Of a stretch of DNA of 64,000 nt, positions 26,969 to 36,843 are shown in pieces. Under the pieces are notes generated by a model. That model searched no databases. It saw only the letters and a list, made by a program, of their open reading frames with translations, and was not told the DNA's origin. Position numbers and translations under genes: made by a program. This DNA is from Candidatus Latescibacterota bacterium. GTDB lineage: Bacteria > Latescibacterota > UBA2968 > UBA8231. Location: positions 4,816,079-4,880,078 of the forward strand of contig OZ242005.1 of assembly GCA_965204725.1 (NCBI GenBank), written 5' to 3'. Numbering within the stretch: position 1 is the first letter of the stretch; every line of letters begins with the position of its first letter.

Positions 26969-28203
26969 ATACCAAACACGCCGAGCACCGGCACATCGAC
27001 CGGACTGTACGCCGGCTCGGCTTGGAGGAGTTGCTGTACGTCGTCGGACGAGACCGAGGGATACGTCAGGTGCAGTCCCTTCTTGTTGGCGCACTCGTAC
27101 AAATCGCCATACTCGGCTCGGGGCACGGCGAGGAAACTGAAGACGTGACAGTCGTGTTCCAGTGCGGTCTCAATGGCCGTGCGCAGCACATCTTGCTTGC
27201 CGATTCGCCCTAATTGATCGACATAGCCGAGGATGAGCGTATCCGCTTCTGCAAGGACCGAAGCGAGCCGGGGCCGAATGCGTACCCCTATGTCGGACAA
27301 GCCCAACACGTGGCCCGCATCCTTACCAACCAGCCCCTTGCCCACTGGGTCGGCGATGCCCGTAATCTCAAACGCGAGTAGATCGTGCGCCCGGACCAAG
27401 GCGTGCATCTCCTTGTTGAACGGGTAGAGAGCCGCCTTCTGAATCCAAGAAAAACTTGAAGGATTGGCAGGAGGCTCCGGCGCGGCCACTGGGCGCGAGC
27501 GCATATTTGGGAGTAGCTCCGGCGTCCCCTGCAGCGCATTGGCCTGCAACTGCTCGCGCACCTGTTCCAACGATGCCCCCGGATGCGCTTGGCGAATCAA
27601 GGCAACCATGCCGGTAACGTGCGGCGCGGCAAAGCTGGTGCCCGACACCATCACATACCGAGGGTCGGTCCAGCAGACCCGCTGGGCATCGCCGCGGGCG
27701 ACGCACTCGATCTCGTCCCCCGGACGATAGTAGTACCCATAGCGTCCGCGGACCTTACCTCCCGCAACGCCAATAACATCTGACAACACGGCTGGGTAGC
27801 TTTCGCGCCCGTCATTGTGCTCGGCAGCGACGAGAATAACCTTGGCTTCACGGGCTTGGCGACAGACCTCGGCGAGTGCGTCCCGGAAGGTAACGTCCGT
27901 CGTGCCTAAGCTGAGGTTGACCACATCCATCCTCTGCTCAACCGCCCAGCGGATCGCCGCCAGCAGAGCCGGACCATCGGCGGTTAGGGACTCGTCAAAG
28001 AGGCGGACATCGTACAGGGTCGCTGTCGGCGCGATTTGGCGGATAATACCCGCGCAAGCCGTGCCGTGCCCCGCACTAGCAGCCGTTGGCGGAGACACCG
28101 AGTCCAAGAGTACCTCGTGAACCGCGCCGATCTTTTCGTGCGTCGGGTCAATACCCGAGTCGATGACGGCGACATGGACGGGATGATCGGGTTGATTCGT
28201 CAA
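26935..28203 (-). CDS. Subtilisin-like S8 serine peptidase, cytoplasmic, with its 3' end replaced by IS sequence
   Basis: Catalytic triad blocks are VAVIDSGID (Asp), GHGTACAG (His) and [12 protein letters not shown] (Ser). No signal peptide. Native sequence ends at about 26969; the last 11 codons ([11 protein letters not shown]) and the stop are encoded by the IS terminus. Confidence 0.85.
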   Translation of the reverse strand: MTNQPDHPVHVAVIDSGIDPTHEKIGAVHEVLLDSVSPPTAASAGHGTACAGIIRQIAPTATLYDVRLFDESLTADGPALLAAIRWAVEQRMDVVNLSLGTTDVTFRDALAEVCRQAREAKVILVAAEHNDGRESYPAVLSDVIGVAGGKVRGRYGYYYRPGDEIECVARGDAQRVCWTDPRYVMVSGTSFAAPHVTGMVALIRQAHPGASLEQVREQLQANALQGTPELLPNMRSRPVAAPEPPANPSSFSWIQKAALYPFNKEMHALVRAHDLLAFEITGIADPVGKGLVGKDAGHVLGLSDIGVRIRPRLASVLAEADTLILGYVDQLGRIGKQDVLRTAIETALEHDCHVFSFLAVPRAEYGDLYECANKKGLHLTYPSVSSDDVQQLLQAEPAYSPVDVPVLGVFGIRSYLINTVAV

Positions 28204-28256
28204 GAGCTTCCTTTTGTTATACCTGATACGGCAGGTCCTATTCGGGTTTACGGGTG

Positions 28257-28940
28257 CTACTCTCGGTTAAAGTAGAAGGCGAGTTCTGGTTTTTGGCGGG
28301 CGCGTATGGCAATCGTCGAATCCATGCGGATCGCCGTTGCTAAGTCCGCGCTGGCCAACGCCGTTTCGCCGCGCCAAGCGCGGATGCGGGCTCGGTAATA
28401 CCACGCGACTCCTGTTTCGTGGTCGAGTAACACCGCCCGATTAAGCGCGTTTAACCCTTCGTCTAGTCTGTCTGTTCCTATAAAAAGAAGGCTTCGCTTG
28501 ATCCACGACTCAAGGTGGTCCGGGTCGTGCTGCAACGCGGTCTCAAGTGCTGCTTCTGCGGCCGCATAGTCCTTTTCTTGGAGGTGAAGCGAACCAATAA
28601 GTCCCCAGAAATGCGCGAAATGGGCGTCCGTGGAATCGGCGGCCAAGCAGGTTTTGTAAACATGTACGGCTTTCTCTACTTGTCGTAGGTCGCGCAGAAG
28701 ATCGCCCGTTTTCTGGCATAATCCCACGTTTTTGGGATCTAAGCGAAACGCAGCCGAATAAGACTCAAGTGCTTGCTCATAAGCGCGCCGAGCCATCCGG
28801 CGTTCATTGTTCGCCATGAGTCGATCTCCATGCCGTAAGTAAGTATCCCCATCCGATAGATCATATCTCACCATGAGATATAACAGTGAAAGTATCGTCA
28901 TGGAATTGATTACAACAGTAGAGACGACCCATTTTCTCAC
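28257..28940 (-). CDS. Membrane-anchored TPR-repeat protein
   Basis: N-terminal TM helix (VVSTVVINSMTILSLLYLMV) followed by TPR-like helical repeats (AYEQALESYSAAFRLDP..., AEAALETALQHDP...). Confidence 0.7.
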   Translation of the reverse strand: MRKWVVSTVVINSMTILSLLYLMVRYDLSDGDTYLRHGDRLMANNERRMARRAYEQALESYSAAFRLDPKNVGLCQKTGDLLRDLRQVEKAVHVYKTCLAADSTDAHFAHFWGLIGSLHLQEKDYAAAEAALETALQHDPDHLESWIKRSLLFIGTDRLDEGLNALNRAVLLDHETGVAWYYRARIRAWRGETALASADLATAIRMDSTIAIRARQKPELAFYFNRE

Positions 28941-29686
28941 GGTACAGAATCCAACCTATAAACTCTAGAGGAGAAAACTAATTCTGCTACTATATTGGCA
29001 ACGCCGTGTAGCACAATACAGGCTCCAATTGAACGAGATCGTTCATAGTAAAGAACAAGCACGAGACCTAAACCCAAATGAGGTAAAAGTGCCAAAAACG
29101 TTCCTTCCGTATTGTAGTGACATAAAGCAAACAGTATTACATTGGTTATAACAGCCCATACAAAAGATAAATGCCTTTTGAGGTAGGGATACAGAATACC
29201 TCTAAATAGCCACTCCTCCACTAGAGGAATGACAATGACACCCTGTAATAATCTTATAATTGATAAATCGGGTAGGTGCATTACGGGGGGGACATAACCG
29301 GCTGATCGAGATAGATTCGCTGGAACCGTAATCAACAAGACTAAGAAAACAGCCAGCCAGACTTCTCTACCCATACCATATAGAGACAGTTCTATCTGCT
29401 TGGGCACAGTTCCTACAATGAGATGAAAACAGGCAAGCATCAAAATCATCGCGGCAGCATGGGATCCAAAGAGGTAAATCGTGACGATTTTCATATCCCG
29501 CAACAGCAAAGACTCCTCTACCCAGTTATCGACACAAGCGTTTCTGAGTGCAATAAAAAAGAATAAAATGGCGAACTGTAGGATGACCAAGATAAGGTTC
29601 CATGGACACTCCCATTCTTGCCCTCGCATGGTATCCCAAGTGTTGATCACGATCCTATATCCCGTCTTAATGTACACACGATGCAC
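28937..29686 (-). CDS. CPBP (CAAX protease/bacteriocin-processing, Abi) family intramembrane protease-like protein
   Basis: Contains EEWLFRG (the EExxxR motif), FALCH and HGVAN blocks within a multi-TM protein. The true start may be an internal Met. Confidence 0.75.
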   Translation of the reverse strand: MHRVYIKTGYRIVINTWDTMRGQEWECPWNLILVILQFAILFFFIALRNACVDNWVEESLLLRDMKIVTIYLFGSHAAAMILMLACFHLIVGTVPKQIELSLYGMGREVWLAVFLVLLITVPANLSRSAGYVPPVMHLPDLSIIRLLQGVIVIPLVEEWLFRGILYPYLKRHLSFVWAVITNVILFALCHYNTEGTFLALLPHLGLGLVLVLYYERSRSIGACIVLHGVANIVAELVFSSRVYRLDSVP

Positions 29687-29808
29687 TCTGAGTGCTGGCT
29701 GTGCGGATGTATCTGCATCCTGCTCAGGTAGTTATAAGACGATGACAGCCTATGGGCATCCGCTTTGGCTGCAATGGATACCGTGATGGCTGTTCCAAAT
29801 AACCTAGT

Positions 29809-30510
29809 TTACCCTGCGCTGATCGAGTATTTTACCCAAGTGGCCCCCGCTGCAAAGAGTGTCTGTAGAGACCAGAAGATTGCAACGGCGAAGGCCGCTT
29901 GGAGGCGTTTGAGTGCGCATATGCGACTCAAGCCCAAGACGAGAAGCCCATAGTACCAGAAGCTGAAGGGGTTGATATTCATAAGTACAGTTTTGGTTAT
30001 CGGATGCAGTTCCCCATGCCAGAGGAGGTCTAAGCCAATAGAAATAGCTAGCTCATCTACCGTTGCTTGGCCTGTCTGAACTTTCATTATGCTTATACCC
30101 GCCATCAGCACCCCAGCAATGAAAGTCGTCATGTTGGAATAGGCGACTAGAGAGAAGATCATCTTGAATTCCGCCAAGCCCTCTAAGACTTGGACGATGA
30201 GCCATATCGCGAACGAGGAAAAGAACCATAGAAGCAGTATGCTGGGAAGGGTGGCGATGGTCGCCACGTAGTGGACAGTACGATTGACCTCCCTGACCTG
30301 TTTCAAGTCCGCCGATGGTATGGAGACTGACATCTGTTCTATAACAGCCTCTTGCAGCAGGGGGAAGGTGAGCCAAGTTATCAGAGTGGATCCCATACCG
30401 ATAGCGAGGAAGGGGGCTAACCAGTTAGGGTGCTCGAGGATCTGCCGAAAAGCATGTGAAGGCGACCAAATTATCCAGTATAAATTGCGAAAGGTAAGTG
30501 CGGTATCCAT
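29809..30510 (-). CDS. Yip1-domain-like polytopic membrane protein
   Basis: 233 aa. The N-terminus MDTALTFRNLYWIIWSPSHAFRQILEHPNWLAPFL followed by five hydrophobic helices is a layout typical of bacterial Yip1/DUF1282 proteins. The family call is by resemblance. Confidence 0.55.
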   Translation of the reverse strand: MDTALTFRNLYWIIWSPSHAFRQILEHPNWLAPFLAIGMGSTLITWLTFPLLQEAVIEQMSVSIPSADLKQVREVNRTVHYVATIATLPSILLLWFFSSFAIWLIVQVLEGLAEFKMIFSLVAYSNMTTFIAGVLMAGISIMKVQTGQATVDELAISIGLDLLWHGELHPITKTVLMNINPFSFWYYGLLVLGLSRICALKRLQAAFAVAIFWSLQTLFAAGATWVKYSISAG

Positions 30511-30529
30511 GGCGGTCGTATTCTTGGTT

Positions 30530-31081
30530 TTAGAGCAGGTGGCTACTTGGGTTTAGGGACCTATAACCCACTTCCCGACGTTGCAGTATGCCCTGTTCAT
30601 TTAAAAAAAGCAGCGTCGGGACGCGAACTATCCCTAGACGTTCGCGCAACTGAGTTTGGCAACCGAATAATACCAGAAATGAGCCGGTGATGTGCTGCCC
30701 GGCACCGCTAGGCAGTAAGGGGTGTTCTCTGATTACAGCAACGATCTCGACATTCATGATCGACCTGCGGCTTTGCCACTGTTTCAACTCGTCTAATTTA
30801 GTATGGCAAAAGCTGCATTCGAGATCGAGAACGGCGACAATCAGTTTTTTTTCTCGAAAGTCTTCGAGGTGGACGGCATTGCCTTGTCCGTCTTTGAGAT
30901 CAATTGAGGGCAAAGGTTGACCGATGCGGGCACTGTGTTTCGTTTTGCTGGTCGTTCCCATCCATAGGAACCCGACGGTTGTCGCTAAGGCGAGTGAAGA
31001 TAGTACCACGAGTGCCCGTATTCGGCGATTTACGCGCCTTCCACTAGCCATTGTCCTGCCGCTTCTGTAGGATCGAATCAA
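30530..31081 (-). CDS. TlpA-like thioredoxin-fold thiol:disulfide oxidoreductase, membrane-anchored
   Basis: Signal anchor (ALVVLSSLALATTVGF), a CxxC motif in LDLECSFCHTKL, and a cis-Pro region VRVPTLLFL. Confidence 0.75.
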   Translation of the reverse strand: MIRSYRSGRTMASGRRVNRRIRALVVLSSLALATTVGFLWMGTTSKTKHSARIGQPLPSIDLKDGQGNAVHLEDFREKKLIVAVLDLECSFCHTKLDELKQWQSRRSIMNVEIVAVIREHPLLPSGAGQHITGSFLVLFGCQTQLRERLGIVRVPTLLFLNEQGILQRREVGYRSLNPSSHLL

Positions 31082-31502
31082 AGAGGATTTTGGCCAGAGC
31101 TACTCGTTCCCTCTCTACGAGCTTTGCCTGCACCACAGTACCTTCCAAGTTGTACGCGAGGCGGTCGAAATCGACTTCCCCTTTGAGGGTGATCCAGACC
31201 CGGGTCGCGTCAGGTTCGTAGTCGATACGCCCGTTGATCTGTGCTATAATGGCACGGAGAACCTCTTGTTCGTCATAAGTAATATCAGCATAGTGGCATT
31301 CGCGTAGCAGACTCAGGCGCATATCTGGGATGTCCGCCTCCAATATCCAATCTGGTCCTCTGCGGTGGAGCAAACCCTCCAATTCTAGACCGACGTTCAC
31401 ACGTATAGTAGCTAGCCCGATCACCATAAACATCAGGATAAGCGTCGTGCCGAATAACAGGACGCCAACTTTCCATTCCAGCTTACGGGGGATTTTCATC
31501 AC
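31044..31502 (-). CDS. Membrane-anchored hypothetical protein
   Basis: 152-aa ORF with one N-terminal TM helix (VGVLLFGTTLILMFMVIGLATI). It is tightly packed between ABC and thioredoxin genes. Confidence 0.55.
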   Translation of the reverse strand: MMKIPRKLEWKVGVLLFGTTLILMFMVIGLATIRVNVGLELEGLLHRRGPDWILEADIPDMRLSLLRECHYADITYDEQEVLRAIIAQINGRIDYEPDATRVWITLKGEVDFDRLAYNLEGTVVQAKLVERERVALAKILFDSILQKRQDNG

Positions 31503-31510
31503 GAGTTTAC

Positions 31511-33271
31511 CTAGATATAAGGCTGATGAAAATTTGCAAAAGGGCCATTTTGATTGATAAGCTCGTTATAGGTACCTGCTTCGACAATTTTCCCTCCAGA
31601 GAGGACGTGGATGATGTCGGCAAGAACCAAGGACGTAGATTGATGAGCTATCAAGAGCGTTGTCCGGTCCCTAGTTGCCCTTTTGAGTATGCGAAGGACT
31701 GTCTGTTCCGTGTTGCTGTCGAGCGAGGACGTTGCTTCATCGAGAATGAGAATCTGCGGATTGCGTATAATTGCCCTAGCCAAAGCTAGGCACTGCTTTT
31801 GACCGCCCGAAAGCTGGACTCCCCCAGATCCGATGCGTGTATCGATACCTGCGGGAAAGTGCTGTATGAACTCCATACAATCCATCTCTTCTAGGGTCTG
31901 TTCTATCGCATGGTAAGTAGCATTAGAAGTCCCGTAAGCAACATTCTCTCGAATGCTGCCTGTAAAGAAAGACGCATCTTGTCCTACCCATCCGACAACA
32001 CCACGCAGATGATCCAGATTGTAGGAGTTTGCGTTGACTCCGTCTATGCGAAGCTCACCGGAGGTTGGCTCGTAGAACCGGACCAACAGGTGAGCCAAGG
32101 TGGTCTTCCCCGATCCTATCTTCCCGACCACGGCAGTGACTTGGCTGGGCTCCAACGTCAAGTCGATTCCGTTTAGCACCGGTAGCCCCTTGTCATAGGA
32201 AAAGTAGATGTTTTCGTACACCACTTTGCCTTTTCTAATCCGGTATTTGTTCTGAGGAACCTTTTTTTCGAGAGGCGTTTCCATCATTTCGACGACTCGC
32301 TTCAAAATACCTATGCCTTGGCGAAAACTGACGTATAGTACCGACAACTGGTTGACGGGACCGTAAACGTACGCCACCAAAGTGTGGAAGGCCATAAACT
32401 GCCCGAGGGTAAGCAGACCTTCCATGATCGAGTACGCGCCGTACCAGAGGACAGCCAGTCCACTTATGCTGTAGAGAAATATCTGCAGCAATTGAGCACT
32501 GACCATTGTCGCGTCACGTTGTAGGCGGCTCTCGGCTTCTCGACGCAAATAACCCGAAAGCCTCAGAACCTCCTTCCTCGTTCCGCCAAAGACCTTGGCT
32601 GCCAAGGCCGAATCCAAAGACTCTATGCGCATAGAGTTGGTCTGACTCTTCCTCTCCTGTGTCGCGGCACTGTATTTTTGGATGCGTCGCCCGAAGCGGA
32701 TATTCGTCCAGACAAAGGCTGGCAGAACTAGGAGAACGACTGAGGTCAGTGTTGAATTGAGGGAGAACATGATCACCAAGGCAATGGCGATGAGCGACAA
32801 ACTGCTCAAACCCTCAATGTACGTTCCTGCCATCAGCGTGTTTAACTGACGTACATCGTCACTGATGCGGGTGGAAAAGTAGCCAGGGCCGCGATTGAGG
32901 AGAAAGGAAACAGGAGCCTCAAGTACGGAGCGAAACAGTTTCAATTCCATATTGAAAAAAACGCGCCGCGAAAACACCAGTAGAAGGTAGCGATGTAGAA
33001 AACCTAGACCCAATCCCAGCAAGGTGGTAAGGATCAGGGTCGCGCATATGACGTTCAGTGCATGGATTTGGCCATTGGCTATAACCCGATCAATGATATA
33101 GATGGTCAATACTGGCATCGGTGACGCGAGGATGGTAGTGAACAGCATGCATACACCCGCTTCCACAGCACGCAGCCAGTAAGGAGAGAAGAAAGGGAGC
33201 AACCGTTGAAGTGATGCTAGCATCTCCAGCGATCTTTCCATTCTATTTCGTATATCTTCTTTTATAGTCAT
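31511..33271 (-). CDS. ABC exporter, fused permease + ATPase (type I exporter), no visible N-terminal C39 peptidase domain
   Basis: Six-TM N-terminal half. Walker A is GKIGSGKTT, signature is LSGGQKQ, and Walker B is ILILDEATSSLD. Confidence 0.85.
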   Translation of the reverse strand: MTIKEDIRNRMERSLEMLASLQRLLPFFSPYWLRAVEAGVCMLFTTILASPMPVLTIYIIDRVIANGQIHALNVICATLILTTLLGLGLGFLHRYLLLVFSRRVFFNMELKLFRSVLEAPVSFLLNRGPGYFSTRISDDVRQLNTLMAGTYIEGLSSLSLIAIALVIMFSLNSTLTSVVLLVLPAFVWTNIRFGRRIQKYSAATQERKSQTNSMRIESLDSALAAKVFGGTRKEVLRLSGYLRREAESRLQRDATMVSAQLLQIFLYSISGLAVLWYGAYSIMEGLLTLGQFMAFHTLVAYVYGPVNQLSVLYVSFRQGIGILKRVVEMMETPLEKKVPQNKYRIRKGKVVYENIYFSYDKGLPVLNGIDLTLEPSQVTAVVGKIGSGKTTLAHLLVRFYEPTSGELRIDGVNANSYNLDHLRGVVGWVGQDASFFTGSIRENVAYGTSNATYHAIEQTLEEMDCMEFIQHFPAGIDTRIGSGGVQLSGGQKQCLALARAIIRNPQILILDEATSSLDSNTEQTVLRILKRATRDRTTLLIAHQSTSLVLADIIHVLSGGKIVEAGTYNELINQNGPFANFHQPYI

Positions 33272-33330
33272 TAAGAAGCGTTCTTAAAACTAGGGTTTCG
33301 TACTCTCACTCGGCTCAAAGTATCTTAGGA

Positions 33331-33366
33331 TTAGCACGGCGCGACTATTTATGAGATAACTTCTAG
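33331..33366. mobile_element. Solo relic of the IS left terminus
   Basis: 33343-33366 (GACTATTTATGAGATAACTTCTAG) matches the outer end of IS copy 2 (36811-36834) at 23 of 24 positions. Weaker identity extends about 12 nt further inward. Confidence 0.7.
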
Positions 33367-34160
33367 CAATCGCCGGTCGCCTTCGTTAAACGTAGGAACA
33401 GGTCTTCCAATGTAGAGTCATTGGCTTTCTGTTGCAGTTCCCTCACCTTCACCTTGTCGTTCAATGATTCGGTTGAGGCGGAGAAGACTATCTTGCCTTT
33501 ATGACAGATCGCTACCTTTTCACACAATTCTTCCACTATGGGTAGAATATGGGACGTCAAGAAGACCGTCTTGCCTTTTCCAGCGGCATCCTTGAGGAGG
33601 TCCTTTATCATCTTGACCGACCGGGGATCGATTCCGGTAAAGGGTTCGTCGAGGAAGAGAAGTTCTGGGTCGTGCAGCAAAACCGCCGCCAGTGCCAGTT
33701 TCTTCTTCATCCCCGCGGAGTAGGTGCTGATCTGCGCGTCGCTAGCACTGCCTAGATCGAAAAGCTCTAGGAGATCGGCGGTACGTTGACGCAGTGTCGG
33801 CTTGTCGAGGCCGAACATCGCTCCGGAGAAATACAGATGTTCCTGGCCTGTGAGCGATTCGTAAAGGGCAAGGTCCTCGGCCATGATACCGATGCGCTTC
33901 TTGATCTCTGTCGCGTTGACCGTCATCTCTTCCCCCAGAATGTGAACCGTCCCCGCGCTAGGTGCCAAGAGCCCCGACAGCAAGTTGGTCAGCGTGGACT
34001 TTCCTGCCCCGTTTGGTCCGATGAGTCCGAGTATCACCCCTGGAATAACGTCGATGTCGACATTGTCTATCGCCAAGAGTCTTCCGTATTTCTTTGTTAG
34101 TCCGACCGCACGAATTGCGTATTCCATGAGACGACCTTCGTTTGCTTTATATTCTTCCAA
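33363..34160 (-). CDS. ABC transporter ATP-binding protein (ABC-2 type)
   Basis: Walker A is GPNGAGKST, signature is YSAGMKKK, and Walker B is LLFLDEPFTGID. Its stop codon lies inside the IS relic. Confidence 0.85.
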   Translation of the reverse strand: MEEYKANEGRLMEYAIRAVGLTKKYGRLLAIDNVDIDVIPGVILGLIGPNGAGKSTLTNLLSGLLAPSAGTVHILGEEMTVNATEIKKRIGIMAEDLALYESLTGQEHLYFSGAMFGLDKPTLRQRTADLLELFDLGSASDAQISTYSAGMKKKLALAAVLLHDPELLFLDEPFTGIDPRSVKMIKDLLKDAAGKGKTVFLTSHILPIVEELCEKVAICHKGKIVFSASTESLNDKVKVRELQQKANDSTLEDLFLRLTKATGDC

Positions 34161-34170
34161 AGCCCATTCT

Positions 34171-35856
34171 TTATGAGCAGAAACGGATGAGAAACAAGTC
34201 CCTTTTATCCAGCCACACCTCGGCTGCCTTCTGCAAAGTGAGAGTATAGAAAATCGCTGTGGTAATACACATAGCTGCTAGCAGCGACAGTAGGATTATC
34301 GGCTGCCTGACGACCTCGTGAAAGTAATACAGGCCCGCGCCAATTATTATAGCGGAAAGGCTCAGGCCTACTATGGCTAGAAAATCGGCCTGTAGAGAAA
34401 GGTAACGCCCGACGATGTTACCCGGTGAGAGCTTGAGCGGATAGAGTACAGAGGCTATGTTACCAATTAAGGTATGCAGCAGAGACAGGTACAGCATGAT
34501 CAAGATGATCGCCAGCCTTTCGGACCAGTCGGTATGTCCCCAACTAAGGTAGAAGGTCCACGCCATACTCGGCCCTGCAATCGCCCCTTGGACAAGCAGA
34601 TATGCTAGATTTTTACCGACTAGGATGGTTTTTGGCTGGATTGGAGCTAAAAAATTAAAGACGACTCCCGTAGATTCGAGACCGAAAATATTGTAGAAAA
34701 TCGCATAGGGTATTACACATATTGGCAATAACAACAGCAGTGAATAGGGGCCGACGACGACCCCTTTTGCGACGTGTATCAGAGGGATGGCAATGCCCCA
34801 AAGCAGGGTGGATAACAGAATGAGACGCAGCCGATTTTCGCGTAAGATATAAATCAATTCTTTGGCCGCGACGTTGGCCACTTGGCAGTTGAACAGCCCC
34901 TCGAACGCGCTGGTCAGTTTCTCGAACGTGTTGACATTGTATAAAATCGCCTCTCCCCCTTGAAGAGGCCGCTCGTACAATCTCTTCTTGAGCAGAAAAT
35001 AGGCAATTATTCCACAGCTAACGGCATAGACGATAAGGCCAACCGCTGGCCAGCCTGCGAGCCTGCCAGCGTGAAAACCAAGTAGCAGTTCGCTGACTAG
35101 GCCGGGAGGGGTCAAAACCCAATACGCGGCAGAGTGGTTGATCGGGGCGATGAGAGTATCGATATCGACATAGTGTCCAAGCATCGAATAGACGGAACCG
35201 AGCAGGATAGCAGAGAAGAAGATCAGCTTCCCACGATGCCTACTAAGCGACCGGATCAAGTCAGCCAGCAGCAGGCTAAGCATGTATACTAGCATGTGGT
35301 TGGCTAGCACGAATAGGGCGATAATGAAAAGTAAACCGACTGCAGGAACGAGACCTTGCTTCATTCCATAGAGCGTACCTAGCCACACAGCAAGAAGATA
35401 AAAGATCAAAAGCCAAGGGTTGAAGAGCCCCAACGTTACATCGGCTGCGTAGAGTCTCCATAGCCTGTAAGGGAACCGGACTAGTCGGAACAGTCGAGAC
35501 ATATCGGGCGTGGATATACCTCGGAACAAGCCCAGCAGTACCCATGCTATGGACAGATAGGCAAAGGTGGCTAGTACCAAACGGGGCAGAATATATGCAC
35601 CCTGGGTAGTTAGAAGTAGCTGAGTCGAATAGTAGAACTGAGTTATAAAAAAAATACCCCAGCTAATACCTAAAACGAGTACGGTGCCCATTAATAAACA
35701 CCATGTCCTCTCCCTCTTTGCCCAGTTGAGCGAAGCGTGGTATTTCAACCAGAGTATATAGACGACCATCATCATATTGGCGCAAATTCCTAAGTTGTGG
35801 CAGAAATCCCATTGCAGCCGTTCACTACGACGGTACGATATACCTAATAGCTGCAC
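34171..35856 (-). CDS. Polytopic membrane protein, probable permease partner of the adjacent ABC ATPase
   Basis: 561-aa ORF, almost entirely hydrophobic helices, 11 nt upstream of the ATPase gene. GTG start on the track, so the true start is uncertain. Confidence 0.65.
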   Translation of the reverse strand: MQLLGISYRRSERLQWDFCHNLGICANMMMVVYILWLKYHASLNWAKRERTWCLLMGTVLVLGISWGIFFITQFYYSTQLLLTTQGAYILPRLVLATFAYLSIAWVLLGLFRGISTPDMSRLFRLVRFPYRLWRLYAADVTLGLFNPWLLIFYLLAVWLGTLYGMKQGLVPAVGLLFIIALFVLANHMLVYMLSLLLADLIRSLSRHRGKLIFFSAILLGSVYSMLGHYVDIDTLIAPINHSAAYWVLTPPGLVSELLLGFHAGRLAGWPAVGLIVYAVSCGIIAYFLLKKRLYERPLQGGEAILYNVNTFEKLTSAFEGLFNCQVANVAAKELIYILRENRLRLILLSTLLWGIAIPLIHVAKGVVVGPYSLLLLLPICVIPYAIFYNIFGLESTGVVFNFLAPIQPKTILVGKNLAYLLVQGAIAGPSMAWTFYLSWGHTDWSERLAIILIMLYLSLLHTLIGNIASVLYPLKLSPGNIVGRYLSLQADFLAIVGLSLSAIIIGAGLYYFHEVVRQPIILLSLLAAMCITTAIFYTLTLQKAAEVWLDKRDLFLIRFCS

Positions 35857-35985
35857 CGTCAGCAGCGAAGCTACCCCAGAGTCCTGACCCTAGGGTAGCT
35901 TCTAAGTTGCTGCGTCGCTGCTGATACTGCTATAGTTATGATTCTGCGAGTAAGCCTAATTCGCAAAATCAAAACACCACGGTAT

Positions 35986-36833
35986 TAGAAGCTATCTCAT
36001 AAATACCGTAGCAGTATGAGGATGCATCCGAGTTGTACAAAGCCGAGGTAGTTTTCAGCATAGTATTCGTATCGAACCACGATGCGGCGGAAGTTATGCA
36101 ACCAAGCAAACAGTCTTTCTATTTTCCAGCGTCTTTTGTAGCCCCGCAACCGCCGCCCGTCCTGGGTTTTGGCCTGCGTACGATTGCGGCGATGCGGCGC
36201 GATCATCTCAATGCCTTGGTCGGCCAGGCTCGCATCCAATCGATCCGAGTCGTAGGCTCGGTCCCCGATGAGTCGTTGCGGTCGGGGCTGGACCCATCGG
36301 TTTTCCAGGGTGGCTTCTACGAGGGTGACTTCGTGCGGCGAAGCACTTTGGATGAGTACGGCGATAGGAAGACCAGCGCGGTCTGCCACTGCCATGAGCT
36401 TCGTACCTTTGCCCCGCTTGGTCGGACCCACTTGGTCCCCCCTTTTTTCGCCGCGACAAACAGGCCATCGATGAAGCATTCGCTCACATCAAGGCCCCCG
36501 CGCTCATGCAAGTCGTGCGCGAGGGTGCGCAGAATATGTTCAAAGGTGCCATCAGACGACCACTGTTGGAATCGACGATGGCAGGTCTGGTAGGACGGAT
36601 AGCGAGCAGGCAGGTCATGCCCAGGCGCCCCGGTGCGGAGAATCCACAGAATACCATTGAGCACCGCTCGGTTACAACGCCACGGACGACCCCGGCCATC
36701 GCGGCGTTTGGGACACGCCGGCAGCAGTGGGGACACTATCGACCACTGTTCGTCTGTAAGATCCATAAGAGATACCTCCGAAAGGGAATACCACTAACGT
36801 AGCACAGCCAGACTATTTATGAGATAGCTTCTA
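35986..36833 (-). mobile_element. IS5-family insertion sequence, copy 2, inverted relative to copy 1
   Basis: Same 20-bp termini as copy 1. All six-frame ORF translations are identical to copy 1. TA at both junctions. Confidence 0.9.
35997..36766 (-). CDS. IS5-family DDE transposase (orfA/orfB, probable -1 frameshift), copy 2
   Basis: Protein sequences identical to 26188..26957. The C6T6 run at 36437-36448 is the complement of the A6G6 slippery run. Confidence 0.85.
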
Positions 36834-36843
36834 GCAAGACTGG

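Noticed and set aside
35859-35924. Long imperfect hairpin upstream of the permease gene containing TAGCTTCTA, considered as a fourth IS-end relic.
   Set aside because: Only a 9-mer matches the IS terminus, which is within chance expectation for a 64-kb window on two strands. I kept it as an unexplained hairpin only.
26969-35985. Hypothesis that the segment between the inverted IS copies has been flipped, with the missing S8 gene tail lying beyond copy 2 (giving ...GVFGISKTG-stop at 36834).
   Set aside because: Genes inside and outside the segment share the same orientation. A simple insertion model already restores a plausible tail on the copy 1 flank. The two models cannot be distinguished from sequence alone, so inversion is not claimed.
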